Below, piece after piece: positions 38,914 to 47,995 of a stretch of DNA of 64,000 nt (positions within the stretch are counted from its first letter, which is position 1; every line of letters begins with the position of its first letter). The DNA comes from Verrucomicrobiota bacterium (lineage in GTDB: Bacteria; Verrucomicrobiota; Lentisphaeria; Lentisphaerales; Lentisphaeraceae), in contig JBDKFG010000004.1 in assembly GCA_039798785.1 (NCBI GenBank), positions 48,562 to 112,561 on the forward strand, in the 5' to 3' direction. The translations under genes and the position numbers were made by a program. The notes under the pieces were generated by a model that was not told the origin of the DNA, made no database searches, and saw only the letters and a list, made by a program, of their open reading frames with translations.

Positions 38914-39267
38914 ATGCTTGCTGAAATCATCACAATTGACCAGAACACCGCAGAAGTTTCGCTTCAGACTGATTTGATCCTTTTTCAGGGCATCACAATT
39001 ATTAGCGGCGTTCTAGCTGTTGCCGTGACTTTTTGGTTTATCTACTGGGCACATAATCAACTTCGCCGATACATCTTTGAAGACACTGGAAGTGCTTCAT
39101 CTTCATCAGTATCATCTGATATTCCTGGCGGAAGACCTGAAAAGGACTGGCCCAAAATTGCTAATACATATGTTGGCTACAGATCCGGCATTCCTGGAAT
39201 AGGTGCAAAGCACACTAAAAATCATGGTCGCCGAAAAAACCGTAATGCTGACAACATCCCTTTCTAA
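38914..39267 (+). CDS. Single-TM prophage protein (minor-coat-like)
   Basis: One hydrophobic helix and a basic C-terminus. Confidence 0.6.
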   Translation: MLAEIITIDQNTAEVSLQTDLILFQGITIISGVLAVAVTFWFIYWAHNQLRRYIFEDTGSASSSSVSSDIPGGRPEKDWPKIANTYVGYRSGIPGIGAKHTKNHGRRKNRNADNIPF

Positions 39268-39270
39268 AAC

Positions 39271-39429
39271 ATGTCATTCGGTCTTTATCTCTCCATTCTT
39301 GGATTAACTGCCTTCGCGGTGATGTTTGCCCTAGGCTTCATCATCGTGCTAGTAAGGATCGCTTCGTCCCCGTTCCGGACGCGACCTAATTTCAACATTG
39401 AACGGGAAACACAGATAAATGAGGATTGA
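39271..39429 (+). CDS. 52-aa hydrophobic protein, pVII/pIX-like (not in the ORF track)
   Basis: MSFGLYLSILGLTAFAVMFALGFIIVLVRIASSPF..., immediately upstream of the major coat gene. Confidence 0.6.
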   Translation: MSFGLYLSILGLTAFAVMFALGFIIVLVRIASSPFRTRPNFNIERETQINED

Positions 39430-39431
39430 TC

Positions 39432-39674
39432 ATGCTCAAAAAGAAAATTTTGGCCGTTTTGTCTCTTTGTGGCCTCGCCGTTTCTGCTTCTGCAGCACCT
39501 GACCCCGTTATGGGTGCAATCATCGGCGTTGACCAGACCACTGGTGCCGTTTCCATCAACTCCGGCGAGATGCTCGCCCAAGGCGCTGTCATCATTGGCG
39601 GTGTCGTGACCCTCGCCGCTACTTTCTGGCTCATTGCCTGGGCCTGGAAGAAGATCAAGCAGTTTGTCCACTGA
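39432..39674 (+). CDS. Major coat protein (pVIII-like)
   Basis: GAGGA RBS, signal peptide ending ASA, one TM helix and basic tail WKKIKQFVH. Followed by a terminator. Confidence 0.8.
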   Translation: MLKKKILAVLSLCGLAVSASAAPDPVMGAIIGVDQTTGAVSINSGEMLAQGAVIIGGVVTLAATFWLIAWAWKKIKQFVH

Positions 39675-39679
39675 TGATC

Positions 39680-39706
39680 GGGGGAGCCTTAACCGGCTCC
39701 CCTTTC
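39680..39706 (+). terminator. Intrinsic terminator after the major coat gene
   Basis: GGGGAGCC-TTAACC-GGCTCCCC-TTT. Confidence 0.7.
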
Positions 39707-39710
39707 TCCC

Positions 39711-40022
39711 ATGGCTACAAATTCAACATCCAATAGCGGCGGCGTTCCTGCTGATCTGACCCAGATACATAATGATCTTGTGGTCATCGACCAGACCTTG
39801 CAAAATACCGCCATTCAAACGACTTCGACCAATGCTTCCATTGTTTATCTTTCCGGTCAAGTTCAGCAGTCAAATCAGCTTCTAACCCAACTCATTGAGC
39901 AGCAAGAAAACCCTGCTTGGGGTCTAAAGCCTGCACAGCACTATATCATTATCGAATCCCTCCTGATCATCCTTATTGCAGTAATGATTTTCGGAATCTT
40001 CGCAAGGATGCTTAAGATATGA
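39711..40022 (+). CDS. Prophage protein with C-terminal TM helix
   Basis: Q/N-rich coil followed by a hydrophobic anchor. Confidence 0.65.
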   Translation: MATNSTSNSGGVPADLTQIHNDLVVIDQTLQNTAIQTTSTNASIVYLSGQVQQSNQLLTQLIEQQENPAWGLKPAQHYIIIESLLIILIAVMIFGIFARMLKI

Positions 40023-40198
40023 AAAAACTTCTAACTCTCCTTACGTGGTTATTCACCTTATATTTCCTCTATATTGCTATTTACGCTTTTAAACACTCCA
40101 AGCCCTCACATGGAGTTATCTTCTTCCTGATTTTTTTGACACTTGTAAAATTCATGCTCTATCGGATCAAGCTAAAAAAGTCTGAGGCTCCCAAATGA
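40019..40198 (+). CDS. 59-aa two-TM prophage protein (not in the ORF track)
   Basis: MKKLLTLLTWLFTLYFLYIAIYAF..., with ATGA overlaps at both ends. Confidence 0.6.
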   Translation: MKKLLTLLTWLFTLYFLYIAIYAFKHSKPSHGVIFFLIFLTLVKFMLYRIKLKKSEAPK

Positions 40199-42003
40199 CC
40201 CGCTATTTAATTCTCTTTCTCTTGACCTTTTCCCAACTCCTCCTTGCCGATGATCTTACCGCTACCATTACCCCTCCAGACACCTCTTACGGCCCTGAAA
40301 AGACCTATCATTTCACCTTCGATCATGAGGAAAGAACCGTTAATGAATACTATCCTAACTATGTCTTTGGACCATCTGTATATTTAACCTCACCTCCTCC
40401 TGAAAATCCTTGGTTAGTCGGCGGTAACAGTGGTCCTCTGTATGAACAAGTTGGCGGAAATCATTATAAATTGCTCTCAGATGGTCAATTCTATCAATTG
40501 AACTACGTTCCAAATCCCGAAATATATGAACATACAACTCAGCCAAGCCCTTACGGTCCTCCTTATCCTGATCGTATAATTCCGACAATCTATTATCGTT
40601 ATATTCAGAGAGTAGAAAGCCCAGATTCAGAGGCTTACATTTATGGAACTCAAAATGAAACTATCACCAGATATTATAAAGGTCCGATCGTTGGAAACTA
40701 TACCTGTTCATTGGAAATTCAGCATCAAACTAACCGCCCTGTCGGTGCTGGTCATTCAATTTGGAAGTTCTATTATGAATCCATCCTAAAAAAGGATGGT
40801 ACTAGACCTGATAAGGGAAATACAATTTTCATTGTATTTTGCTCTGAAGAGATGACAGACAATGTCGCTAGTATTTATAATAATGCATATATGACCTATG
40901 ATGAAACACGCCCCAAGGGATATCTTATCTCTAATGATGAAATGATAGAAGCTTCTGCCCTATCTATGTCCGACTATGAGGAGCCGCCAACTTACAATAG
41001 CTCTACTGGACAATACATAAACTATTCAAAGATCAACCTTCTTCCGCAGCAGAATTTCAAGACATGGCGGGTTCGTTTTGGTCTTCCATCAAATTCTAAG
41101 CTATTGCCCGGTGCTGGTCCTGATCATCAGCCGCCAGTCCCTAACTATGTTGCTTCAGTTGACAAAAACGGTCAGACCTATCAATTCTTAAGCTCCCAAG
41201 TGCTAACTGCTCAAGGTCATCCCGTACTTGATGCTTATAATCGAAATAATATTAATCAAATGTTTTTGCATTCCATTAATTCAGATAATACCCTTTCGAC
41301 CTTCTCAGTACAAATGTCATGGAGTGATTTAAATAATGATGGAAAAGTCACATCTTCTGAGCTTACACCTTCCGTCAGTGGTGATTATTTCGCCGCAGAT
41401 TTAGACGGAGACGGAGAACTTGACCAGGGCGAGGTATTCAAATTCACTCCTGTATTTCACGAATATACAGACCCTCAGGAAGTAACTCATTCATACATTA
41501 TCAATGAATACACCTTTCCAACCGTTGACACCTCCTTTACTCTCCCTCAAAGCGCTTCCATTGACAGTGATCCTCATTTTCATCCAGGTCCAGGCAATCT
41601 AACTGATTTTCGTTCAGATTTTCAAGGCGCAAAGCCCCCTCTCATCACCGAGGCCGGCACAAGCGGCGGCGCTTTCGGTTCAGGCCTTGGCTCCTCGATG
41701 TCGTCCAGTTCAACTATTATCGATGATGACACCAAGGCAGCATATAAGCAACTCACTGATACGTTTTTCGAAGCTTTAAGCGGCCCTTACATGCATCAAG
41801 AGATAACCAACTCCACCGCGATTTATTCTCTTCCACTTTCTAAGATCAATTCAGAGTTTGCCGATATTCCGATAGATTTTGCCAATCTGGGCGGTGTCGA
41901 CTTTACCAATGTTCAAATGCTCTTCAGGCTATTACTTCTCGGCTTTCTGATCATTTCATTTATTCTTATTCATATAAAAATCACAAAATGGCTCGTTGAT
42001 TAA
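40195..42003 (+). CDS. Adsorption protein (pIII-like)
   Basis: Signal peptide, large ectodomain, G/S-rich linker and C-terminal TM anchor. Positioned before pVI and Zot. Confidence 0.75.
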   Translation: MTRYLILFLLTFSQLLLADDLTATITPPDTSYGPEKTYHFTFDHEERTVNEYYPNYVFGPSVYLTSPPPENPWLVGGNSGPLYEQVGGNHYKLLSDGQFYQLNYVPNPEIYEHTTQPSPYGPPYPDRIIPTIYYRYIQRVESPDSEAYIYGTQNETITRYYKGPIVGNYTCSLEIQHQTNRPVGAGHSIWKFYYESILKKDGTRPDKGNTIFIVFCSEEMTDNVASIYNNAYMTYDETRPKGYLISNDEMIEASALSMSDYEEPPTYNSSTGQYINYSKINLLPQQNFKTWRVRFGLPSNSKLLPGAGPDHQPPVPNYVASVDKNGQTYQFLSSQVLTAQGHPVLDAYNRNNINQMFLHSINSDNTLSTFSVQMSWSDLNNDGKVTSSELTPSVSGDYFAADLDGDGELDQGEVFKFTPVFHEYTDPQEVTHSYIINEYTFPTVDTSFTLPQSASIDSDPHFHPGPGNLTDFRSDFQGAKPPLITEAGTSGGAFGSGLGSSMSSSSTIIDDDTKAAYKQLTDTFFEALSGPYMHQEITNSTAIYSLPLSKINSEFADIPIDFANLGGVDFTNVQMLFRLLLLGFLIISFILIHIKITKWLVD

Positions 42004-42012
42004 GGGGGGAAC

Positions 42013-42333
42013 ATGTTTCAAGATGTTTTAAATGCCTTGTTGCAATGGGGAGCCGACTTCATCAAGTTGCTTCTTGATGGATTCGTAACACTCTGCAATT
42101 TCTTCCTACAGTTCGTCTTGCAACTCATTACAGATGCAATATCTCACCTCCTTTGCATTGATGGTCCAGAGATTGACATAGAAGCCTTTGCAGCACTGTT
42201 TAACATCTTTGCGGAGGTGAATAAATACGTTCCTCTTTCTGAAATGGGAATGATGCTTATTTGTCTAACTGGAAATTTCTTGGCTATCTTCACTCTTCGT
42301 TTAATTCTTAAAGCTATTCCAACGGTCTGGTAA
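42013..42333 (+). CDS. pVI-like hydrophobic minor coat protein
   Basis: 106 aa, hydrophobic, ends RLILKAIPTVW, directly before Zot. Confidence 0.7.
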   Translation: MFQDVLNALLQWGADFIKLLLDGFVTLCNFFLQFVLQLITDAISHLLCIDGPEIDIEAFAALFNIFAEVNKYVPLSEMGMMLICLTGNFLAIFTLRLILKAIPTVW

Positions 42334-42334
42334 A

Positions 42335-43708
42335 ATGCTTTCAATCGTTATCGGCAAGCAGAGAAGCGGAAAAACTTACTCTGTGATGGCGCACTATATC
42401 ATTCCGGCTTTACTTGATGGTCGTAAAGTCGTAACTAATCTTCCTGTTAACGTTAATTCGATATCTAAGGATTATTTCAAGGGCGAGGATATTTCAGATA
42501 GAATCCGTCTCTTATCCATGGATGAATCATTAGAATTTTGGATTCATAAGGCCCCTGAATGTTTGGTTGTCCTGGATGAAGCTTACGAAATCTTCCCCGC
42601 TACCGTCTCCCTTGCACTGAAGTCCAACATTCATGCACGCCTAGATAATAATGACCCTTTACCCTTTTATTTTGAACGTCGGAATAAGGTCAAGCTAGCT
42701 TCAGAGCGTGAAATCTGGTACATGCAGCAAGCCGAGCTTATGAGCTACATCAGGCAGCACGGCCATTACAAGGATGATGTCGTCATCATCTCGCATAACC
42801 CTTTAGACTTGCATCCCTTCGTTTTGCGTGGAGCTATGGAATTTATCAGCGTTCACAACTCCCTGAGAACGAATATGCTTAACGCCCGATTTTTTGAAGG
42901 TCTAACCTATCCTACTCAATTTTTCATCATGCGTCATTACGATACCATGCAGGAATACCGCGCCGGCATCGTCACTCAGGAACGCTTCATCAAGCCAGAT
43001 CCTAGGGTCTTTGCATCCTATGACAGCTTCTCTCAGGCTCAGCGACTCAGCACTGATGACAAGGCCTCTGACAAGGCCAGCTCTGACTTCAAGCGCCCCT
43101 ATGGGGATGTGGTCCGCCGGTGGATCTCAGATAAGACCCCGGTTCTGATCTTCATCGGCGCTTTGGCTACGGTGGTGATAGCGTTCGGTTATTCGTTCAT
43201 CACCGTTAACGCCAAGCCGATGTATGCGGCAAAGCCGCAAACGGACGCTAAGCCCCTTACCTCTATCGCGGCCTTTACAGCTCCTAAAAATCAATTGATC
43301 TTCTCTAGTCTTTCTAAGATCGAGGACAAGGCTAAAGCCCAGGACAAGAAGAAATCCAAGTATGATTTTGAAACTAGCTTTCCGCCTTTTGCGTTTCCTG
43401 CTGAAACCTCAATTCACCTGATTTTTGGTTCTGTCTATGAACGTGGTCGCGGCTTCGTCTGGTTTGAATCTGGCGTGCTCCTTAAATCCTCTTCGACTCT
43501 CACCATAACATCAAAAGGAATTCAAAAATGCGGAATCTTTTATTCTTGGCGTACTTTGCGCTCAATGCCTGTCTATATGCTGCTCCCGTTTCAGGATCAA
43601 GTCCAAATCCAGGAAGTCCCTCCAATGGCACCAAAGGACAAACCCGGGACATCAACGCCCCCCCTCGTCAAGCCGGAAGCGCCGATGACGCCGAAGATGA
43701 AATCTTGA
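42335..43708 (+). CDS. zot: Zot/pI-like assembly ATPase
   Basis: N-terminal Walker A GKQRSGKT, GRKVVTNLP, Walker B LVVLDEA, RQHGH, YDS, then a TM helix. Confidence 0.92.
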   Translation: MLSIVIGKQRSGKTYSVMAHYIIPALLDGRKVVTNLPVNVNSISKDYFKGEDISDRIRLLSMDESLEFWIHKAPECLVVLDEAYEIFPATVSLALKSNIHARLDNNDPLPFYFERRNKVKLASEREIWYMQQAELMSYIRQHGHYKDDVVIISHNPLDLHPFVLRGAMEFISVHNSLRTNMLNARFFEGLTYPTQFFIMRHYDTMQEYRAGIVTQERFIKPDPRVFASYDSFSQAQRLSTDDKASDKASSDFKRPYGDVVRRWISDKTPVLIFIGALATVVIAFGYSFITVNAKPMYAAKPQTDAKPLTSIAAFTAPKNQLIFSSLSKIEDKAKAQDKKKSKYDFETSFPPFAFPAETSIHLIFGSVYERGRGFVWFESGVLLKSSSTLTITSKGIQKCGIFYSWRTLRSMPVYMLLPFQDQVQIQEVPPMAPKDKPGTSTPPLVKPEAPMTPKMKS

Positions 43709-44739
43709 CCTTTCATCGGAAATCCTTATTTGATATCTCCAAGCTTCTTCTTGAGGATTATAACACCCTGGTATTCATCGATCCTGAGCTGACCGCCCTC
43801 GAGGTCACCGGCAATTTTCGCGTGTCTTCCCTCCTCGATGACGTTTCAGCCGCTTACAAGCTTGTTTTGACCCGTGATAAGGACCGCTATTACCTCAAAA
43901 AGCAGAAGCAAATCAGCGCTGTCTTTCCCAAAGGTGTGATTACGGCTGAGGTTCAAAGCCTTTTCCCTGGTATGCTCTCCTTTCAGGGGGATTCGATCAT
44001 CTTCCGTGGCGGTCCTGAAGATCTCTCTGATTTCAAGAACCTTGTCAGCGAAATCAAGCCACCAAGCCAGACCAGGGCGCGGCTTACGGTTGTCCTGATG
44101 GATGAATCCCTTTTGAAGGCCTGGGGTTTTCAGTGGGACAATTTTCTGACCCTTTCTCTCAGCGGTAAGACTCCTAGCCTTGAATCTGTCCTTTACCAGT
44201 TCAAGACCACCTACAGTTCGACAGGATCTAGTCACGTGTTCAGCTCCACCGCTGATATCGACATCGACCTAGTCAGCGGACATGACCTTGTATTCAGCCA
44301 GGGCCTAGAGACTGACAGAAAGGTCGAACAGACTGTGCCGGGCCAGAATACTGAGCAGCCAGTGTATCAAACTGGTTTTGATGTTCTCAAGACCGGGTTT
44401 AGCCTTACCGTCAAGCCCACCTACATACCATCGTCAAACAGTTGGGCTCTTGGTCTGAAGCTTTCGGATGCTCAGCCCGTCTCTGAGATTCAGCGTTCCG
44501 CTGTTGCCCTTGATCAAACGGCCATTTTTAACGGTCAGCCGCGCTTGATTGCTTCTTATTCGCGGGATTCGACCCAACTTGACAAGAGCTATCTTCCTGA
44601 GCTTGCGTGGTATCAATCCTTAGCTTCCTTCTTCGGGTGGGAACGTCAGGTCTCGGCTCGGGTTGCTGTCCTGGTTTATCTTTTACCAGGTCGAGACGCA
44701 CCGGAGAAGCCTAAGCCCTTGCAGCTTCCCAATCCTTGA
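43528..44739 (+). CDS. Secretin-like (pIV-like) export channel
   Basis: Signal peptide, N-domain, WGFQW and TGFSLTVKP beta motifs. Overlaps the zot 3' end. Confidence 0.65.
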   Translation: MRNLLFLAYFALNACLYAAPVSGSSPNPGSPSNGTKGQTRDINAPPRQAGSADDAEDEILTFHRKSLFDISKLLLEDYNTLVFIDPELTALEVTGNFRVSSLLDDVSAAYKLVLTRDKDRYYLKKQKQISAVFPKGVITAEVQSLFPGMLSFQGDSIIFRGGPEDLSDFKNLVSEIKPPSQTRARLTVVLMDESLLKAWGFQWDNFLTLSLSGKTPSLESVLYQFKTTYSSTGSSHVFSSTADIDIDLVSGHDLVFSQGLETDRKVEQTVPGQNTEQPVYQTGFDVLKTGFSLTVKPTYIPSSNSWALGLKLSDAQPVSEIQRSAVALDQTAIFNGQPRLIASYSRDSTQLDKSYLPELAWYQSLASFFGWERQVSARVAVLVYLLPGRDAPEKPKPLQLPNP

Positions 44740-44778
44740 ATAGCTTCTTTGAGTCGAGGCCTCCCCACTCGATACCTT

Positions 44779-44810
44779 GCCCCCTGCCCCATCTGGTAGG
44801 GGGCTTTTTC
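44779..44810 (+). terminator. Intrinsic terminator after the secretin-like gene
   Basis: GCCCCCTGCC...GGTAGGGGGC-TTTTT. Confidence 0.7.
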
Positions 44811-45295
44811 ATGCCATTTGACAGCAATCACCGCGTCCGAAGGGCCTTGCCGCGTATGCGGCTTGTTTGTTGCTTGGCCGGGCGCATCGCCGGGCCTTGT
44901 AGCTCTCCCTCCATAGGCCGGGCGCATCGCCGGGCCGCGCTTACCCGTCTATGGGGTATCAATGGTCAACGATTCGCCCGATTTCTCTAAGGGGTTTGGG
45001 GGCAAGCCCCCAAGCGGGGGGAGCTGTGGGGGCGGCAGCCCCTGAAGTATTGAGTAGGCGGAGCGGAGCGAGGCCGTTCCCCTGGGGCGGATCTTTGCCA
45101 GGGCGGACTAAATGGCATCTTTGGCGGCTTGAATCCCGTCGGGCGGGACCCTAACCCGAAAAAAGGCTTTCCCTACCCGCAATGCCTTTTAGCCACTGTT
45201 GCTACGCCGCCCGGCCCGGCGCCGCTGTAGGCGCGCAGCGCCGCAGCGCCGGAGACATGGGCGGCGGTGGGCTTTCTGCGGCCCGGAGGGCCGCC

Positions 45296-45319
45296 GGCAG
45301 GGTCTAGTAACACCCTGCC
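45296..45319 (+). other. Candidate double-strand origin (nick hairpin) of the prophage
   Basis: GGCAGGGT-CTAGTAAC-ACCCTGCC at the end of a GC-rich hairpin cluster. The loop resembles the pT181-family CT/AATA nick context. Confidence 0.45.
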
Positions 45320-45591
45320 AGCCCGCCAAAAGTTTGTGAATGATTTAATATAAGGCGCTGAATTTAAGCATTTTATATCCGCCGATTTTTAAAATCGCAT
45401 TTAAACCATTGGTCTTTAATAGTTTGTGACGCAAAAAACTGCTTATAAACAATCATAATAAATTCCACTTTAAAAAAGTGGCTAATTTTGGAAATTTTAA
45501 AAATATTTCAGATCTGCTATTGACAATTTCATAGATTGAGGGGGTTGCATTTTGTGCTTGTCAAGTTCGATTTTACAAGTATGACACTTTT

Positions 45592-46071
45592 TTATATACT
45601 TGATATTTCTCGCCTAATCTCTTCGCTTGTCGGGATGCCTTTCCATCTAATTATCCGTAAGCCAGCAGATTTTAGAGCTTCGTTTTTTTGTCTGTCTGCT
45701 TTTTGTCGGCTAGGTCGATCATGCGATGGGTCATCAAGTTCAATGCAAGCAATTATCCGGTTGTTTTGACAAATTATAAAGTCAAGACTTTTTCTGCAGA
45801 TTAGATTGAAAGCGTTGAAGTCACCATCTTTAATAGGTTCTATAACACGTGAAAGCCCCACTTGCGCGTGTACGTCGTGGTCAGGCAGTGATTCTTTTAG
45901 TTTTTTATAAAGTATTAATTCGTATGATGTTAGAAGGTTTTTTGATCTGTATTTTGGCGAATCCTCTTCATTGACCCCCTCTTTAAATTTCAACTTTTCG
46001 CTTTCAACTGAAATTTTTGCGCATATTAGAATTAGCGCCATTGCAAAAGCAATAAAAATGAACAAACTCAT
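45592..46071 (-). CDS. DUF2726-like membrane-anchored protein (prophage cargo)
   Basis: N-terminal TM, then LLTxxE, AQVGLSRVI, KSLDFIIC, IELDDPSH and D..KNEALKSAGL motifs. Confidence 0.8.
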   Translation of the reverse strand: MSLFIFIAFAMALILICAKISVESEKLKFKEGVNEEDSPKYRSKNLLTSYELILYKKLKESLPDHDVHAQVGLSRVIEPIKDGDFNAFNLICRKSLDFIICQNNRIIACIELDDPSHDRPSRQKADRQKNEALKSAGLRIIRWKGIPTSEEIRREISSI

Positions 46072-46204
46072 TTAATGACCTCCATTTTGTCAAGCTGTTT
46101 TCTTTGTTATGACAGCAAAATATTTTTTTAATTTTGTTGGCCAATCAATTTGACAGGCTGTGGGACTGCCTTATTGTTGGCCAATCAAAATCAAAGGAAA
46201 CTGA

Positions 46205-46495
46205 ATGTTTGAGAACAAGAGAGGTCGAGGCCGTCCACCTGTAGATCCTTCTAAGAAGGTTACGGGGCGTCATCTTGCGTTTTCTCCTGAACATTGGGCA
46301 GTTCTCGAAAAAATGGCTGAAGATCAAAAGATTTCAATCTCTAGATTGATTTTAAAGTTGGCTCAAATTGGTGCTCTTTTGAGCGTTGTCAGTTGTTCTG
46401 GAAAATCAGCCTATATTCCTTGCGTTTCGTCAACTGATGAAAACTTATATGTAAACAAAACCGCTTATTATGCGAAAACTCATACCATTGGATAG
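46205..46495 (+). CDS. Small DNA-binding (RHH-like) protein, candidate phage regulator
   Basis: KRGRGRPP followed by a strand-helix-helix pattern. The 3' end crosses the putative attR. Confidence 0.5.
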   Translation: MFENKRGRGRPPVDPSKKVTGRHLAFSPEHWAVLEKMAEDQKISISRLILKLAQIGALLSVVSCSGKSAYIPCVSSTDENLYVNKTAYYAKTHTIG

Positions 46496-46745
46496 AGGGC
46501 TGGTTCGAGTACTTCAAGCACTCGAACTACTATCCCGCTGCGATCGCCGAGGCTATAATGGCCGAGAAAGGAGAGGATGCGAGTGGGAGATCGAGGACAA
46601 GAACACTCTCGTGCTGAGACGAGTCGCGTGAAGCCCGCTCGCTTAGTGATGTTCTTAAAATTATTATTTTCAATATATTATGACAAGATGGCGGCTGGTG
46701 ACACGAGTGTTAGGTCTACCCCCGCATGGATGATGAAACTTCATA

Positions 46746-47183
46746 TCACTCCTTGAGCTTGACCAGGAGAAGGTGCTCTACCGCTAGACAGGTCTGACCG
46801 CGCTGGTTCACCGCTTCGACTTGTTCGACAACTATGCCGTAACCGGGCTTTTTGTGAGCGCGCTTCTCCTTGATCGTGATCGAGACGCGCAGCGTGTCAC
46901 CGATGAACACCGGTGATGGAAAGCGGAGGCGGTCGTAGCCGTAGCTCATGGCGTGGGGATTGATCTCAACGCAGCCCATGCCGACGGCGACGGCGAAGAT
47001 CAAGGTCCCGTGGGCGATGCGCTGGCCGAAGGGCTGAGTCTTGCACCACTCGAGGTCCATGTGGTGAGGGTAGAAGTCGCCACTCTGACCTGCGTGCAGG
47101 ACGATGTCGGTTTCGGTGATGGTGCGGCCGGCTGTGTCGCGGCGGACGCCGATCTGATATTCGTCGAAGTATTGAGCTTTCAT
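46746..47183 (-). CDS. MaoC-like hot-dog-fold dehydratase
   Basis: [23 protein letters not shown] and YGYDRLRF motifs. Start at 47183. Confidence 0.9.
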   Translation of the reverse strand: MKAQYFDEYQIGVRRDTAGRTITETDIVLHAGQSGDFYPHHMDLEWCKTQPFGQRIAHGTLIFAVAVGMGCVEINPHAMSYGYDRLRFPSPVFIGDTLRVSITIKEKRAHKKPGYGIVVEQVEAVNQRGQTCLAVEHLLLVKLKE

Positions 47184-47950
47184 AGGCTGATCCCGAGGGT
47201 TTTTTCGATGGAGATTGCGGTGTCCTTGAGGACCTGGAGGTATTCGGTGACCGGCTGGGCCGAGTTGCCTTCGAGTGTGTTGAGGGCAAGGGCGGCGAAG
47301 CCTTGCGGGAGCCGCAACGGCACCACTAGGTCGTGCACACCTTGGAGATTGCGGTGGTGCGACACCACGTACCCTGCCGCGGCGATGTCGCGGAGCTCGT
47401 TCTTGTCGATCTTGGCAAATCTTAACCATTCGCTCTCGGCGAGAAGGGCGATGAGCAGACGTCCGGAGCTGGTGTTGACAGCGGAATGACGTGAGCCAAC
47501 GTCGATGGTGAGGCGGATCGGGTTCGGCGCATCTCCGACGGCAACAACAAGGATCTCCTCGCCTACCAAGAGGGACAGGTGGCAGGATTGGCCGCTGGCG
47601 ATCGCCAGGTCCTGGAGGGGAAGTCGAGCGGCTTCTAGGAGTCGTGCCTGGGGGTGGGCCGAAAGTGCGTAGGAATAGAGCCGCAGGGATAGCGAGTACT
47701 TCTGGGTCGCGGGGTCTTGCATCAGCCAGCGCCGCTCCTGCATCTGCTGGAGCAGACGGTAGATCATGCCACTGGCCAGTCCGAGTCCGGCAGCGATCTC
47801 CGTGAGAGACAGGGGGCGGCGCAGGTCGGCCATCAGCTCGATGATGCGCATTCCACGGTCGAGAGCTGGGACGGAATAACCGGGGGACGACTTCTCGTCT
47901 GCGGGACTGGCGGCGATGTTACGACTCCTGGGCATAGATGGTTCCTCCAA
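47180..47950 (-). CDS. IclR-family transcriptional regulator
   Basis: [18 protein letters not shown] and TSSGR motifs. Confidence 0.9.
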   Translation of the reverse strand: MEEPSMPRSRNIAASPADEKSSPGYSVPALDRGMRIIELMADLRRPLSLTEIAAGLGLASGMIYRLLQQMQERRWLMQDPATQKYSLSLRLYSYALSAHPQARLLEAARLPLQDLAIASGQSCHLSLLVGEEILVVAVGDAPNPIRLTIDVGSRHSAVNTSSGRLLIALLAESEWLRFAKIDKNELRDIAAAGYVVSHHRNLQGVHDLVVPLRLPQGFAALALNTLEGNSAQPVTEYLQVLKDTAISIEKTLGISL

Positions 47951-47995
47951 GAATGGCGGTGATGTTAGATGAGTTTGCCCTCCCTGCGGAAGCTG

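Larger units (their letters stand above)
35760..46478 (+). mobile_element. Integrated filamentous (inovirus-like) prophage, ~10.7 kb
   Basis: Gene order rep, small TM coat genes, pIII-like, pVI-like, Zot/pI, secretin. Lower GC than the host. Direct repeat ATTATGCGAAAA at 35776-35787 and 46467-46478. Confidence 0.88.

Noticed and set aside
35391..46557. Imperfect inverted similarity between TATAGCTGCGGCGATAGC (~35391) and GCGATCGCCGAGGCTATA (~46540) as element ends
   Set aside because: The match is short with mismatches and no transposase is present. The direct repeat in a dif-like context explains the prophage ends better.
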